From a virus (lineage: Duplodnaviria; Caudoviricetes), in IMG/VR virus record IMGVR_UViG_3300021375_000006: a stretch of 64,000 nt of DNA. One strand, given 5' to 3'. A program made the translations under genes and the position numbers. Positions within the stretch are counted from its first letter, which is position 1, and the number at the start of each line of letters is the position of its first letter. Shown one piece after another: positions 63,290 to 64,000 of this stretch. The notes under the pieces were generated by a model. The model worked only from the letters and a program-made list of their open reading frames with translations. It had not been told where the DNA came from and searched no databases.

Positions 63290-64000
63290 GGAAAATTTTG
63301 CGTGCTATTTGGAAATTTTTGCCACACCGCGCCTCTACCAAGGGAAATTTTGCCATCAACTTTATTACCACCATAGGGACATAGGCCTTGACTGTTCGCA
63401 GGGGACTTGCCGTCCCGGCGGGCGCTGTGGCCCACTCTCTATGTCCCCATAGGCCATGGGAGGTAATCCCCCTGCCTACCCCTCTGAATTCTAAAAGTTC
63501 CTGTAAGTCTTTGAGTACCTCATGGGAATACCGATTACCCTTATTAGCCGATCTGTGCTTAGGTACCCACAGTTTAAGTAAAGTTTTAGTATCAGTGCTT
63601 AGGTCACATCGCACCCTGGAGGTGATGTGTGTGAGCGCGCGCGACCGCTTTTTAGAGCGGCCGTGATTTGAGTTTACCTCGAGGGTAAAAAGGCCTTTCC
63701 CCGGGGGCCCCAAATTTTTTACCACGGGCAACATTGCGTTTCCCCCAATTGGCCGGTCTGGTGAATACTGGGTAATCCATAATGGTTTCTATTGGGGGTT
63801 TACTATAGGGTTTACCCTGCGCGGGCCTAAAAGTACTGAGTTCCGGGCGGAAACAGTTGGCTCGCTTCTGGAACAATTTTCATGGCCTAGGGCTAATACC
63901 TATACTCTTCCTCCCTGATTGCGCGCCACCCCGGTCTGGCGCCACCGGCCCTGACTGCCTCACACAGCCATGGGCCCTGGAGGCCTCTCAGCCCCCACAG
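63290..64000. other. GC-rich non-coding region with short direct repeats and hairpins
   Basis: about 54% GC over 63361-64000 by hand count, against an otherwise AT-rich window; no credible ORF. Confidence 0.7.

Noticed and set aside
63273-63876. ORFs of 153, 92 and 74 aa in the GC-rich end
   Set aside because: Overlapping, atypical composition and codon use, no promoter of the three classes upstream, no recognisable motifs
1-64000. Alternative genetic code (TAG/TGA recoding as in some large Bacteroidota phages)
   Set aside because: Conserved genes are full length in code 11, and TAG/TGA end genes at expected positions
1-64000. tRNA, rRNA, introns, or inteins inside thyA/clpP/helicase
   Set aside because: No cloverleaf or TTCGA/CCA pattern seen in the short intergenic gaps; these enzymes are normal length and uninterrupted

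Overview
AT-rich, gene-dense, almost entirely minus-strand 64-kb segment of a large (jumbo-type, T4-superfamily-like) tailed phage, standard genetic code. Host is most likely Bacteroidota (Flavobacteria-type bS21 and ClpP, no Shine-Dalgarno sites). An aquatic setting is inferred from UvsE, PhoH and sulfation genes. Contents: (i) DNA/nucleotide metabolism (DinG helicase, dCMP deaminase, UvsE, PNK-type phosphatase, 5'-nucleotidase, RNase HII, exonuclease, ThyA, and a T4-gp42-like dCMP-specific TS homolog); (ii) proteostasis/translation (DnaJ, Hsp20, ClpP, N-domain-less ClpC, four UVR-motif proteins, bS21); (iii) putative internal head proteins sharing a T4-CTS-like N-terminal motif; (iv) a ~19-kb fibre cluster (two ~685-residue collagens, two Gly-Ser-Ser repeat proteins, coiled-coil fibre). 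The strongest candidate for a new system is a virion-fibre modification pathway: a single-chain COLGALT-like GT25 + PLOD-like lysyl hydroxylase fusion, two sulfotransferase fusions, GT4/GT32/DUF2827 glycosyltransferases and a putative minimal PAPS-synthesis module, encoded beside collagens whose lysines sit at the Gly-X-Lys position. Also found by eye: three promoter classes, a standalone ~80-nt structured RNA with its own promoter and terminator, an orphan PvuII-like nuclease and a GC-rich structured non-coding end region. All family assignments come from motif recognition and recalled sequences; no database search was run.
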